Source: a virus (taxonomy: Duplodnaviria; Caudoviricetes). Taken from it: a stretch of 48,057 nt of DNA. Both the position numbers and the translations under genes were made by a program. Positions 36,348-45,315 of this stretch are shown in pieces. The first letter of the stretch is position 1. The number at the start of each line of letters is the position of its first letter. The notes under the pieces are model-generated. The model ran no database searches. It saw only the letters and a program-made list of their open reading frames with translations, and had not been told where the DNA came from. The stretch lies in IMG/VR virus record IMGVR_UViG_3300014208_001444, positions 1-48,057 of that record. One strand, given 5' to 3'.

Positions 36348-36896
36348 CTACTTGGAGTCATTCCCGCCCTCCTTCCGCGCTTCGCCCGCGCTCTCCGGCT
36401 TACCGGTCGCTTCCGCTTCGCATGGGATAACGGGAGTTTCCTCCTGCCTGACTTCGGGTATCAATCCGCCGAGCCGTTTCTGCAGGAACTTCTGAACGGT
36501 GATTTTCACTTCCTCCGAAGACTCCAGAACCTTCTCCGGCATCGGCCCCCTGCCTGCCAGTCCGCCGAACTGGCCTTGCCGGTCGAACAGCTCACCTATG
36601 ACGATGATGAGGTCTTTCACCGAGGCCTCCGGCAATTTGCGCTTGATTTCCTTGAGTGCGGCGAAGATGATATCCCAGGATTCACGGGTCAGCCGGCCTT
36701 TCAATCTATCGGCCACCGGGTTCTTGCAGACGCCATCCGCGATAAATTTGCTGGCGTTATCCAGCCAGTATTTGACCGTGCTCTTCTCCACGCCTATTTC
36801 CCGCGCGATAGAGCTGAGCCGCCCGCCCGCCTCGAACTTGGCTATGGCGCTCATGATGACTTCTTTGGAGTGTTTCTGCGGGCCTTTCCGTTTCAT
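36348..36896 (-). CDS. Terminase small subunit (putative; N-terminal HTH)
   Basis: LSSIAREIGVEKSTVKYW HTH; upstream of terL. Confidence 0.65.
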   Translation of the reverse strand: MKRKGPQKHSKEVIMSAIAKFEAGGRLSSIAREIGVEKSTVKYWLDNASKFIADGVCKNPVADRLKGRLTRESWDIIFAALKEIKRKLPEASVKDLIIVIGELFDRQGQFGGLAGRGPMPEKVLESSEEVKITVQKFLQKRLGGLIPEVRQEETPVIPCEAEATGKPESAGEARKEGGNDSK

Positions 36897-37105
36897 TCAG
36901 TGTCCTCCCATCCCGACTTCATCTTCTTTCGGAACCTGCGCTGGTACGCACACAGGTCCTTCGTTCGCTTGAGCCTATGGCACCGCTCGTGATACCTCTG
37001 GTTCGCATAAAGCGGCTGGAACCCTTTCCCGCAAACCTTGCATTTCCTGTGTCTGAAAATCCGCTTATGCATAATATTCTGGCCTTCAAAAACGCCGCTG
37101 TCCAT
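36893..37105 (-). CDS. Small basic Cys/His zinc-finger-like protein (start uncertain)
   Basis: CKVCGKGF......YHERC; ATGA overlap with terS. Confidence 0.5.
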   Translation of the reverse strand: MDSGVFEGQNIMHKRIFRHRKCKVCGKGFQPLYANQRYHERCHRLKRTKDLCAYQRRFRKKMKSGWEDTE

Positions 37106-37124
37106 TAACAGTTCAAACTGATTA
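37076..37124 (-). promoter_or_regulatory. Putative late promoter 1: CAGTT-TG-AACTG palindrome plus TGGACA-N17-CAGAAT
   Basis: Second copy of the 26-bp repeat, upstream of the packaging genes. Confidence 0.7.
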
Positions 37125-37207
37125 CTTCTCGTCGGATTTCGTGTCGATTGCACAGCTCGCGCCGTCCGCTTTGTGAATTGGAAGTTTCCATGCCATCGCG
37201 TTGCCTT

Positions 37208-37558
37208 TCATAAGGGGCGGCCCTGCACACGGCCCTTGGTAATCACGCGCACGCTTATATCGCTGACAAGTTTCGGTAAGGCGTCTTGGAGAGTTTCAAG
37301 AACGTCATCGGCCCAAAAGTCCCGAAACGATTGTTCGGAGAGCATTCTTCGGATACCATCCCGGACCATGCGCTGAAATTCCTTGGTGCGGATAAATTCT
37401 TTGATATGTTTTTCCACAGCGTCATTGAGGGTGTCGAATCCAAGGTTCTTGATCAATGCCTTGCCGAACATATAGGCGGTGTCATAAGAGAAGCTGTCTA
37501 GGACACATTCTTTATCTTCATCGCGCTTTTCTTGTTTTGCCTGCGTCATTGTTTTCAT
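37208..37558 (-). CDS. Hypothetical protein (116 aa)
   Basis: GAGGAGG RBS before ATG 37558. Confidence 0.55.
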   Translation of the reverse strand: MKTMTQAKQEKRDEDKECVLDSFSYDTAYMFGKALIKNLGFDTLNDAVEKHIKEFIRTKEFQRMVRDGIRRMLSEQSFRDFWADDVLETLQDALPKLVSDISVRVITKGRVQGRPL

Positions 37559-37562
37559 CGTT

Positions 37563-37943
37563 TTATTCCTCCTCAATGGCATCATGCCCTTCGACATGGT
37601 GTTCTCCTTTTGTGTCCACAATAATTGGTTGTTGGTCGTGTTTGTGTATTCTGTAAATGCCGCGCAGAACATGCTCCCACACCTCCGCCTGCGGCCAGAC
37701 CGTGAATGTTTTCCTGCGCCGCACCGCGACCGCGCCGGAAGTCACCTGGATAAACCGCACTTCCCCAGGCTGCCGGATGGCGACAATATCAAACGCGCCG
37801 AACAGATCCCGCGCGCAGAATACTACGCCTCGGCCCGGCAGCCAGCCGGGTTTGCCGAAGGTCCGTTCTACCAGATAGCCCTGGCTTTTGAGGTAATCCG
37901 CGACCTTCTTTTCGTGAACATTTCCCTTGGCCCTGTTATTCAT
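37563..37943 (-). CDS. Hjc-like PD-(D/E)xK nuclease / putative Holliday junction resolvase
   Basis: KG...E......L...GY.V, FDIVAI, FIQVT; GGAGG RBS. Confidence 0.7.
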   Translation of the reverse strand: MNNRAKGNVHEKKVADYLKSQGYLVERTFGKPGWLPGRGVVFCARDLFGAFDIVAIRQPGEVRFIQVTSGAVAVRRRKTFTVWPQAEVWEHVLRGIYRIHKHDQQPIIVDTKGEHHVEGHDAIEEE

Positions 37944-37953
37944 CGTTCCTCCC

Positions 37954-38054
37954 GTGCGGACACAGCGGACGTAGTCGCTGTATATCCCCGTCACGCGCGT
38001 GCGCGCGCACACGCGTAACGGGTTAACCGGAAGCTGCGCCCGCAACGTCCGCAC
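37954..38054. repeat. 21-bp imperfect inverted repeats with GCGGAC iterons flanking a 26-nt alternating purine-pyrimidine tract; candidate replication origin
   Basis: GTGCGGACACAGCGGACGTAG (37954..37974) vs reverse complement of 38034..38054 GTGCGGACGTTGCGGGCGCAG; just downstream of the primase gene. Confidence 0.5.
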
Positions 38055-38085
38055 TTTTCAAAAAGCCCTGAAAAAACAAGCGTTT

Positions 38086-40143
38086 TCATAGTATCGTCTC
38101 CTGAACCGTCTTTCCCTTGAGCCCGATACCCCGAAACGCGCGGGTGCCCTTATGTCCTGATCTGCGCCTGATAAATCCGCGTTTATCAAGATCATCGGAG
38201 AACCGCCGCTTTGTCCCCGCGTATTCACCAGATTTCTCGGTCCATAGCTGCCATGAGGCGAAAAGCTCATCCGTAGTCCCCTCGGCGTTAACGTCCTGGA
38301 TGCATTCATCCTCAATCCACCGGCCTAGCGCGTCCTCGGATTCGAGATACTCTTCCGTGGCCGAAACCACGCTGGCGGGCGGCTTGAGTCCCGTTTTCTG
38401 CCATTCCAGGCAGCCGTCCAGCATCCAGCGCAGTATGCCGTCCTTCTCGGCCAGCAGTTGGTCTGAGAGCGTTTGGTCGCGCTTCTCCGGCGGTATGGTG
38501 ACGGTGAACGGTACCAGATGCAGTCTGCGCCGCATCGCCTCGTCCACATCGCGTATGGCGGGTTTGTTGTTGCCGGCGACGATGAGCTTAAACTGCGGCC
38601 TATACTCGAAGAAGTCCTGCCGCATGAACCTGGCGGAGATTTTATCGCCGCCGGTAAGCGACTTTATCTTGGTCTCGGCCCACCGCTTCCCCTTTTCGAC
38701 TTCAATGGACGTCACGAGCCTTGCCCCGCGTAACCCGGCCAGATCGGTCGGGTGCTTCTCGTTTTTGTTCTCCAGGAATGTGTCTATTGGCGCGTTTACG
38801 GCGTAATCGCCCATAACGGACGACAGCGTGTTCAAGAAGACCGATTTGCCGTTCGCCCCGGTGCCGTAAAGAAAAAATAGCGCGTGCTCCGTGGTGACGC
38901 CGGTCAGCGCGTAGCCCGCCATGCGCGCGAGATATCGCTGGAGTTCCTCGTCCCCGCCGGTGATGTCGCCCAGGAATTTCAGCCAGGTCGGCGCAGTGCC
39001 TTGCGGCGTGGCGGCTGCTATCTTCGTCATGTAATCCGACCGCGCGTGCGGTTTCAGCTCGCCCGTTCGCAGGTTTACGCCGGAGCCGAACGCGTTGAGC
39101 TGCCATTGGTCGCGGTCCCAGATATCCAGGCCAGCGGCGTGTTTACGGTCGGCCCGGGCGAGCCGCTCAACGGCGGCCACCGTGCTCGCGCTCGCAACCT
39201 TGGCCGCAATATTCGCCTTCTCGCATTTGGCTGACGACTCGCGACAGACCCGGCGTGCGAGGTCAAACGCCTTGAGCGTCGTCTCCCTGAGCCAGCGCGC
39301 GCCGTCCCAGTGGAGCCAATGTCCCCACGGGGCGACGTAACGCCAGTCGTCGGCATACTTGGAAGTGAATTTGAGAGCCAGCGCGTCGTCCGTGAAGCCG
39401 GGCGGAACCGTTACTTCTTCCTCCTCCGGCGCGGCAGGAGGATAGCGGCTTATGCTCGCGGCGATGTCGCTTACCTCTTTGTCCGGCAGCGGCGGGTCGC
39501 AGCGTTGCGTGTTTATGGCCGCGAGCGCCGCTTTTATCTCGCCGGCCGCCATGCCGCGCCTGCGCATCGTGCCCGCCAGGCTGGCGAGCGTGGAGTTTCG
39601 CGAGCCGTTCTGCAGCGCGCCGGTTAGGCTCGGCGGCTGGACGGGTTTTTTCGTGAGCGCGAGGAACTCTTCAGACATTGCAGACAGATGCTCCTCCGCG
39701 TTGTCCCATTCGTACGCCTTCCCGTCTATGGTAGACCCGGGCGCGACCACATAGCCGCCGTCCGCTTTCAGATCCACGCCCGGAAGCAGGCCGTTCCGGC
39801 TGCGCAGCCCGCCTTCGGGACAGACGTAGTAGAGATGCCAGCCGCCGCTGGGCGTCAGGACTTTAAGCGTGGTCGGCAAACCGCCGTTAATCGCGGCGGC
39901 TGATTCGCGCCCTTTCGCCCCCTTTTTGACGTCTATATCAACGGCAGCGATGCCGGACACCAATCCCGTCGCCAAGCCGATGTTCGCGTCCGGATTGCGC
40001 TCCCACCATTGCCGTATTGCCTCTTCCGATGTGGTGGCGTCCTTGAACCCGTTCTGAGTGATCGGTTTTTTGCCGTTGGGCTCCAGCGGAAAGACGGCCC
40101 AGCCCATCTCGGCCAGGCCGAGCGCCCATTTAAGCTTGCTCAT
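38086..40143 (-). CDS. Bifunctional Prim-Pol, PriCT and P4/D5-type SF3 helicase
   Basis: VFPL...K.P, ANIG.ATG, DID, TPSGG.H.YY, GGYVVAP; GSRN..L; GTGANGKS, K.LTGGD.I.ARF. Confidence 0.92.
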   Translation of the reverse strand: MSKLKWALGLAEMGWAVFPLEPNGKKPITQNGFKDATTSEEAIRQWWERNPDANIGLATGLVSGIAAVDIDVKKGAKGRESAAAINGGLPTTLKVLTPSGGWHLYYVCPEGGLRSRNGLLPGVDLKADGGYVVAPGSTIDGKAYEWDNAEEHLSAMSEEFLALTKKPVQPPSLTGALQNGSRNSTLASLAGTMRRRGMAAGEIKAALAAINTQRCDPPLPDKEVSDIAASISRYPPAAPEEEEVTVPPGFTDDALALKFTSKYADDWRYVAPWGHWLHWDGARWLRETTLKAFDLARRVCRESSAKCEKANIAAKVASASTVAAVERLARADRKHAAGLDIWDRDQWQLNAFGSGVNLRTGELKPHARSDYMTKIAAATPQGTAPTWLKFLGDITGGDEELQRYLARMAGYALTGVTTEHALFFLYGTGANGKSVFLNTLSSVMGDYAVNAPIDTFLENKNEKHPTDLAGLRGARLVTSIEVEKGKRWAETKIKSLTGGDKISARFMRQDFFEYRPQFKLIVAGNNKPAIRDVDEAMRRRLHLVPFTVTIPPEKRDQTLSDQLLAEKDGILRWMLDGCLEWQKTGLKPPASVVSATEEYLESEDALGRWIEDECIQDVNAEGTTDELFASWQLWTEKSGEYAGTKRRFSDDLDKRGFIRRRSGHKGTRAFRGIGLKGKTVQETIL

Positions 40144-40161
40144 GGTCGTACCTCGCGCCGT

Positions 40162-40749
40162 TTAGAACGGGATATCTTCGTCGTTGGCCGGTTCCGCGTG
40201 TTCCTGCGGAGGCTGTTTGTGCTTGAGTAGTTCTCTCGCGTCCTTGAAGCCGTCTTTCCTAGGCGGCGGAACCGCAGACGGTTCCGGATGGCGCTCGGTA
40301 TAAACCTCTTCGATGACGTTCTTCTCATTCGTGTAAGTCTTCCCGTTGACGACCTTGTCATAGGTCGATACGCCCAGGAGCGCGCGGAACTGCCGCCCCT
40401 GGAAGTCGGACTCATCGAACGAGAACTCGCCTTCATATTGCATACCGACGGCATGGAGGAAGTGGACCGCCATGCCATGCCCCGGATTCGGCTTCTCTCC
40501 GTTGCCGCGCGGAATCCAGACCACGTTATGCCACACGCGCTTGCCGAAATGCGCGCCCTTGTCGGCTATCTCGCAGACCAGTTTGGTTCTGGGCGTGCCC
40601 AGGTTCTTTCCGCTTTGGGTCACTTCCCCGTCCGAATGGTCGGCCACCTGCAGCGTGTAGATGCCGCGCGGAGCCGGCTGGAACTTCGCCTGGCCGCTCT
40701 GCCGGGGACTGTCCGCCCCGGCGTCGCCTCTGTAATTTATTCTCGCCAT
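40162..40749 (-). CDS. DUF669-like single-stranded DNA-binding protein (putative)
   Basis: P.P.G.Y...V, acidic DEDIPF C-terminus; follows the Sak4-like ATPase. Confidence 0.7.
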   Translation of the reverse strand: MARINYRGDAGADSPRQSGQAKFQPAPRGIYTLQVADHSDGEVTQSGKNLGTPRTKLVCEIADKGAHFGKRVWHNVVWIPRGNGEKPNPGHGMAVHFLHAVGMQYEGEFSFDESDFQGRQFRALLGVSTYDKVVNGKTYTNEKNVIEEVYTERHPEPSAVPPPRKDGFKDARELLKHKQPPQEHAEPANDEDIPF

Positions 40750-40751
40750 GA

Positions 40752-41486
40752 TTATTTGCCCCCCTTGGACTTGGAGTCGGACTGGAACAATTCCGCGAAC
40801 GCGGAGTACGGGTTCTCGCGCGGCAGCTCGATGGTCTTATCCTCGAGCTCCGGTATGCGGCTCCCCCAGATCCCCAGACTTCCACCCTGGAAGCTGAGGA
40901 AGTATTTTGTTTGCGCGCCCACCTGCTTCTTGAAGCTGTTCCCGATTGCGTCCGCGTTGGCCGCTATGAAACCGGCTCCTTTGCCGCTCACGTTTATCCC
41001 GGCCGGGATTATGATGGACCCGCTCGCGTCGACTTTGGGGTCTTTTGTGTGGGCGATGAGGATGACGAATTTCCCGCTGGACTTCAGGTAGTGAATGAGG
41101 CTTTCAAGCTTCTTGCGCAGGTCGGCCCACAGCGACCACCCGTCTACGCCCGCTTTCCGGTCGGTCATGGACGTAAGCCCGGCGGCGCGTGCTATCTCGT
41201 CCTCGAACCAGTCCGACAGAACGTCTATGCTGTCCACCACGATGGTTTTGACGCTCGGCTCGGCTATGAGCAGTTTCAGCGCGTCCCGGAACTCGACCAG
41301 GCTCTTGATTTCGTGCACGCGGCCGTCTATCCGGTCGCCGCCGCCCGGCTCCAGCTCCAGGACGTAGCTGCCCGGCCAGGACGCTGCGAGCGTTGTTTTG
41401 CCGCTCTTCGGCATTCCGACCAGTATCATTAACCCGTCATTCGGCAGCCCCTGCTTAGGAGCCGGTCTTGTCGTTATCAGCTTCAT
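40752..41486 (-). CDS. AAA_24/Sak4-like recombination ATPase
   Basis: GMPKSGKTT, TIVVDSI, ILIAH. Confidence 0.82.
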   Translation of the reverse strand: MKLITTRPAPKQGLPNDGLMILVGMPKSGKTTLAASWPGSYVLELEPGGGDRIDGRVHEIKSLVEFRDALKLLIAEPSVKTIVVDSIDVLSDWFEDEIARAAGLTSMTDRKAGVDGWSLWADLRKKLESLIHYLKSSGKFVILIAHTKDPKVDASGSIIIPAGINVSGKGAGFIAANADAIGNSFKKQVGAQTKYFLSFQGGSLGIWGSRIPELEDKTIELPRENPYSAFAELFQSDSKSKGGK

Positions 41487-41511
41487 GTTTTCCTCCGTTT
41501 AGGTTTTATGT

Positions 41512-42291
41512 TTACCACTCAACAAAATGCGGTTTCGCCAGCGACTCCTTGAGCGTTTTGGCGGCAAGGAATGCGGCGAACGACTCTTGCAGACTCGCCA
41601 CCTCTTTGGCCTCGAATTCTATGGGGAGCTTCTTACCGAAGCGGACTATGAACGCCTCCGCGCAGTCGGCGCCAAACGTCTCTTTGAACGCCTGCGCGTA
41701 AGCCGCGACCTGTAGTGCGTACTCGTCGTATATGCCGGAACTTGTCTTCCAGTCCAATAGGACGAGTTTGCCGTTGCGGACTCCGAGCGCGTCCAGGCTG
41801 CCGCCGTAGCCGTACTGGGTGGACGCGACCTTGGTGTCGCCCATGACCAGCTGGATGCCCATCTTGCCCCACCAATCCTTGAATGCCTTTACGGGGCCCT
41901 CGATGGCGGCCGGCAGCGACTCCGGCTCTTTGCCGTGGATAATGAGGTCTATGAATGCGTGCGCCTGGCTGCCGAGGTCGGCAGCCTCGTCTTTCAGCTT
42001 GTCGGGCCGCCGCTTCGCGTCCTCCAATACAGCCTGGACCCACGCCTTGTTGATGACGAGCCGGGCAGATTGCCGCCCGTCCAGCCGTTCCATAAGGGCG
42101 TTTTCCACCATGCCGAGCGCTTCCCGCTTGGCCCAGGGCACCAGCGCGGGCTTGTTGATGACGGACAGCATCCCGGTCACGCCGGGGTAGCGGGTGGTTC
42201 TGCCGTCAATCGTTACGTCGTAGAAGTGTGATCTTCGCTCTACCGCGAGGTCGACTTTATACAACGGTGCCGGAATATCAATGGTTTCCAT
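41512..42291 (-). CDS. PD-(D/E)xK exonuclease (Cas4/RecB-like phage nuclease)
   Basis: PGVT..L, G...H, YGGSLD, LDWKTS, LQVAAY. Confidence 0.82.
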   Translation of the reverse strand: METIDIPAPLYKVDLAVERRSHFYDVTIDGRTTRYPGVTGMLSVINKPALVPWAKREALGMVENALMERLDGRQSARLVINKAWVQAVLEDAKRRPDKLKDEAADLGSQAHAFIDLIIHGKEPESLPAAIEGPVKAFKDWWGKMGIQLVMGDTKVASTQYGYGGSLDALGVRNGKLVLLDWKTSSGIYDEYALQVAAYAQAFKETFGADCAEAFIVRFGKKLPIEFEAKEVASLQESFAAFLAAKTLKESLAKPHFVEW

Positions 42292-42315
42292 GTTTTTTGA
42301 CTCCTTTTTTGGGTT

Positions 42316-42822
42316 TTACCGGGACAGTCCGCTGTCCGCGTGTGTTTTGCGCCAGTCGCTTATCCAATCGCCGATTTCGTTCCACTTGCTGCCGAGCGCG
42401 GTTTTGATGTCCATGCGCTCCTGGGATGCTTCCAGAATCCTGCCGTTGCTGACTTTAAGCTGCTTGGGGACTGCTATCTCGCCTTTGAGGAACTTCTTGC
42501 CGAGGTCGGTGACTTGGTATATGCCTTGATGCCAATGTTCGGGGTCTTGTTCCAGCAGGTGCCAGTACTTGAGGTCGCCCAGGCGGGCGTAGCGGGTGGT
42601 GAATCCCGCGTTTCGGATATCCTTGGAGAACACGACGTCGCGAAGGAATTCTGATTTGATGTGGCTCTTGGAGTCGGCGCGGTCAGCCCGCCATTCCACC
42701 GTCGAGTCCTTCGACAGCTTAACAGCGGCGATGAACAGCAGGGCCATGAAGCGGTCGAGCGATTTTACTCCGGCTTTCAGCTTCCGTCCGCAGGTCGGGC
42801 AGATTTCGGATTCGCAGCTCAT
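42316..42822 (-). CDS. Hypothetical protein with CPTC motif and winged-helix-like region
   Basis: ATGA overlap; LKYW.L.E...G.YQVT.LG..FL.G pattern. Confidence 0.6.
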   Translation of the reverse strand: MSCESEICPTCGRKLKAGVKSLDRFMALLFIAAVKLSKDSTVEWRADRADSKSHIKSEFLRDVVFSKDIRNAGFTTRYARLGDLKYWHLLEQDPEHWHQGIYQVTDLGKKFLKGEIAVPKQLKVSNGRILEASQERMDIKTALGSKWNEIGDWISDWRKTHADSGLSR

Positions 42823-43121
42823 GACCGGCCTCCCTTCGGAAGCCGGTCCACACGGAAGCCGTTCTCGCCGTACTGTTTTATCAGGAAGCCGGACATCAGC
42901 TTCGCCAGGTGCTCGCCGCACTCGGTCCCGCCCTCTACGAGGCAGGCCGGGCGTTTCGGGTCCAGTTTGTAGTCCGTTTCCAGCTTGAGCCTGGCGCGGC
43001 CGTAGATGAGCTCGGTTTCTTTGACCGCCAGTGTAAGGATTGCCTGCAGGATGTCCCCGTTCGCCCGTCCCTTGGGTACGGAGAACTTGTAGATCGTCGC
43101 GGATGCCGTAGTCTTCGTCAT
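42819..43121 (-). CDS. Hypothetical protein (100 aa)
   Basis: GGAGG RBS before ATG 43121; first gene after the sigma-type promoter motif. Confidence 0.65.
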   Translation of the reverse strand: MTKTTASATIYKFSVPKGRANGDILQAILTLAVKETELIYGRARLKLETDYKLDPKRPACLVEGGTECGEHLAKLMSGFLIKQYGENGFRVDRLPKGGRS

Positions 43122-43136
43122 ATTCGCCTCCGCAGG

Positions 43137-43168
43137 ATAAAGACGAACGAGAAGCCCAAAATGACGAA
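43137..43168 (-). promoter_or_regulatory. Bipartite motif copy 1 (putative phage-sigma promoter for replication genes)
   Basis: TTCGTCATTTTGG-GCTTCTCGTT-CGTCTTTAT directly upstream of an RBS. Confidence 0.7.
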
Positions 43169-43170
43169 AA

Positions 43171-43698
43171 CTATTTTTCATGGCCCAGCCCCAGCTCGGC
43201 CAGCGAGGCCTTTAGCTTGCCTATCCAGTAATTAACCGTCATCCGGGGCTTGCCGAGCCGCGCCGCCAGACGGACCTGGCTGCCACCCTCCTCCATGAGC
43301 AGGGTCCATAGCTCGCGCAGCTCTGGCGATAGGGTTTCCAGCGCGAGTCTTATGGCCGCAGTTGATTCCGGGCGGTCGCCCGGGTGCGGAGTGATATCTT
43401 CCCAGGAGAACCTTTCCCCGTTCTTATCGGTGACCTCCATGGGCCGGAACAGCGCCTCGCCGGCCTTCCATCTGCGGATGTAGTCGTGCGCGGTATTAAA
43501 CAAGCACTTGGCGAGAAACGCCTTTCGATCCCTCAACTCCCGCCGCTTGCCGCTTTTCAGGGCCGATACTTTCCTGAACAGCTCGGCTTCCAGGTCATTC
43601 CACTCCGGGAAGCCGGCGAACGAGCGCGCGATGCCCCTCGCCAGCTCCACCTCCCAATCCTCTATCGGACATGCGTGAGCCTTCCCTTTAACGGACAT
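43171..43698 (-). CDS. ECF-like sigma-70 family factor
   Basis: Region 2-like DL...L....AFL...N...DYIRR; region 4 AL..LSPE.R......G.SQ..LA.RLG.P..TV. Confidence 0.75.
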   Translation of the reverse strand: MSVKGKAHACPIEDWEVELARGIARSFAGFPEWNDLEAELFRKVSALKSGKRRELRDRKAFLAKCLFNTAHDYIRRWKAGEALFRPMEVTDKNGERFSWEDITPHPGDRPESTAAIRLALETLSPELRELWTLLMEEGGSQVRLAARLGKPRMTVNYWIGKLKASLAELGLGHEK

Positions 43699-43860
43699 GA
43701 GCCGCCTCCTCGCGTTAAGGGATGCGTTCGCGCGAGAACAGCGGCTCCAATAAAAAAGAGCCCAGTCGCTAAAAACGGGAACGCATCCCGAGTTTAACGA
43801 CCAGGCTCAAGCGAGGCGCTGGCCCTCATGGGGCTCTGGCCTGCTAAGGCGGCTCTTTTA
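43699..43860 (-). promoter_or_regulatory. Structured attenuator-like leader: anti-terminator, Com-type site, terminator and RBS-occluding hairpin
   Basis: Terminator stem 43752..43808 with T6; hairpin 43699..43747 covers GAGGAGG; GAGCCCCATGAGGGCC at 43836..43821. Confidence 0.65.
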
Positions 43861-43927
43861 AGGTCGCCGGATCACACAGCCTTGGCTGCGGGTCCGAAGT
43901 AATTTTCTACGAATTTTGTTTTCAATG

Positions 43928-45127
43928 CTAACAACGAAATTTCTTTTCCTTCCCATTCACGCAGTCATAATATGTTCCTCGGTAATCAAGAATCCGAAGA
44001 AGTAATCGATTAATAAGGTCTGTCAGCCTTAAATAATGTGGGAATGATGACCTGCGATAACCACCTCGAAGTGTTCCAGAATGGACCACTTTATTTCGTA
44101 ACGCAATGAACTTAAATTTTCGTCTCCGTAGACGGAAGTGCTGATAAAGCAATTCCAATAGTTCGCTGAAATACCAACGCTGCCTAGTTCCCGGTTTTCG
44201 TACTGGCAGGCCTTTCCAAATGCGGAAATTCTCTTTCAGAGATTCCATTGCTGTGCCTGCAAGTAAATACTTAAATTCGCTGACTGTTTCGTGTTTAGAT
44301 TTCACCTCGTATTCTATCGCGACGTGAATCTTTAATCTGCTTCTCCACCGACGATATTCCGGGTAACACTGCGACAAGAAATTGGGAATAGTCGGAGGAT
44401 TTATGTCATCGCATATTACTGGCAATGATGGAGAATAATCGAAAGTGAGGGTGTCTAGGTGGTGGCATAATACTGGATTGTGCACGGTGTCTAAAAGCTC
44501 TAGAGCTATCCAGTTGATTTTCGTTCCGGTCGCAAAAGACAGCATTTCACAGATATTTGTTGCGAATCTCTTCTCACCATCCCAGCCAAAGTTCTTTGTC
44601 GTGGTAAATTCAAGTGTGGATGTGACCTCGATGCCTCGCTCTTTTCTAAGGCGTGTTCGAATTGTGTCATAGTCGGTTAAATGCCGTATTGTAATATTGT
44701 GCGAGCCCACACGTGTGCAGAAGTGGTCACGACTGCCTCCGCCATTGGCTGCGCGTGTAAAGTTAATCCCGTGAAATATAAAATTTGTTAAAAAGAAACG
44801 AATAATAAATGGCCCGGGAGGAATTGTATTGTTTTGCAGCTCTAAATGTGAAGCAACAAACCCCAATTTAGTGAAAGACTTGCGCCCAATACTTCCCCCC
44901 ACATGATTCAGTGTAATGCGTAGATTGCTGAAGGCGTATCCCCCCGCTAATTTGCCTGATAATGTGAACCCTGGTGTTTCCACCGCTATTCCATGGTTGC
45001 CAGTAAATGCACAGCGTCCAGATATCTCTCCATCTGAATTCTGATAAATACGGAATCGACAATTCACACTTAGATTATTCGGACCGGAAATGATTCCTCG
45101 TCCTGAATATCGTCTAAACATGGTCAT
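43928..45127 (-). CDS. ApeA-like HEPN-domain protein (putative antiphage RNase)
   Basis: Beta-rich N-terminus with LSFA.G, C-terminal RNKVVH (RxxxxH) and L.IL.Y.G; AT-rich; GGAGG RBS before ATG 45127. Confidence 0.65.
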   Translation of the reverse strand: MTMFRRYSGRGIISGPNNLSVNCRFRIYQNSDGEISGRCAFTGNHGIAVETPGFTLSGKLAGGYAFSNLRITLNHVGGSIGRKSFTKLGFVASHLELQNNTIPPGPFIIRFFLTNFIFHGINFTRAANGGGSRDHFCTRVGSHNITIRHLTDYDTIRTRLRKERGIEVTSTLEFTTTKNFGWDGEKRFATNICEMLSFATGTKINWIALELLDTVHNPVLCHHLDTLTFDYSPSLPVICDDINPPTIPNFLSQCYPEYRRWRSRLKIHVAIEYEVKSKHETVSEFKYLLAGTAMESLKENFRIWKGLPVRKPGTRQRWYFSELLELLYQHFRLRRRKFKFIALRNKVVHSGTLRGGYRRSSFPHYLRLTDLINRLLLRILDYRGTYYDCVNGKEKKFRC

Positions 45128-45128
45128 A

Positions 45129-45302
45129 TTATTCCTCCGGTGCCTCTGTTTTTTTAAGGCGCGACGACCCAATTACGGCCTCAAATTCGTGGCCGCAGTG
45201 TTTGCATTTTACTTCCATATCGCAAGTGCGGACTTTCGCGACCTTGTGCCCGCACTTCGGGCACGCAACCCAGGTGTTCCTCTTCGTGGTGACTTCGTCC
45301 AT
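45129..45302 (-). CDS. Com-like zinc-ribbon protein (57 aa; absent from the ORF track)
   Basis: MDEVTTKRNTWVACPKCGHKVAKVRTCDMEVKCKHCGHEFEAVIGSSRLKKTEAPEE; AGGGGG RBS; fills the gap between repressor and HEPN genes. Confidence 0.7.
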   Translation of the reverse strand: MDEVTTKRNTWVACPKCGHKVAKVRTCDMEVKCKHCGHEFEAVIGSSRLKKTEAPEE

Positions 45303-45315
45303 AATGCCCCCTAAA

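Noticed and set aside
36095-36361. 88-aa ORF between terS and terL
   Set aside because: Has an RBS and overlaps the terL start, but shows no recognisable protein features and runs through the palindrome and repeats; at most a translational coupling device.
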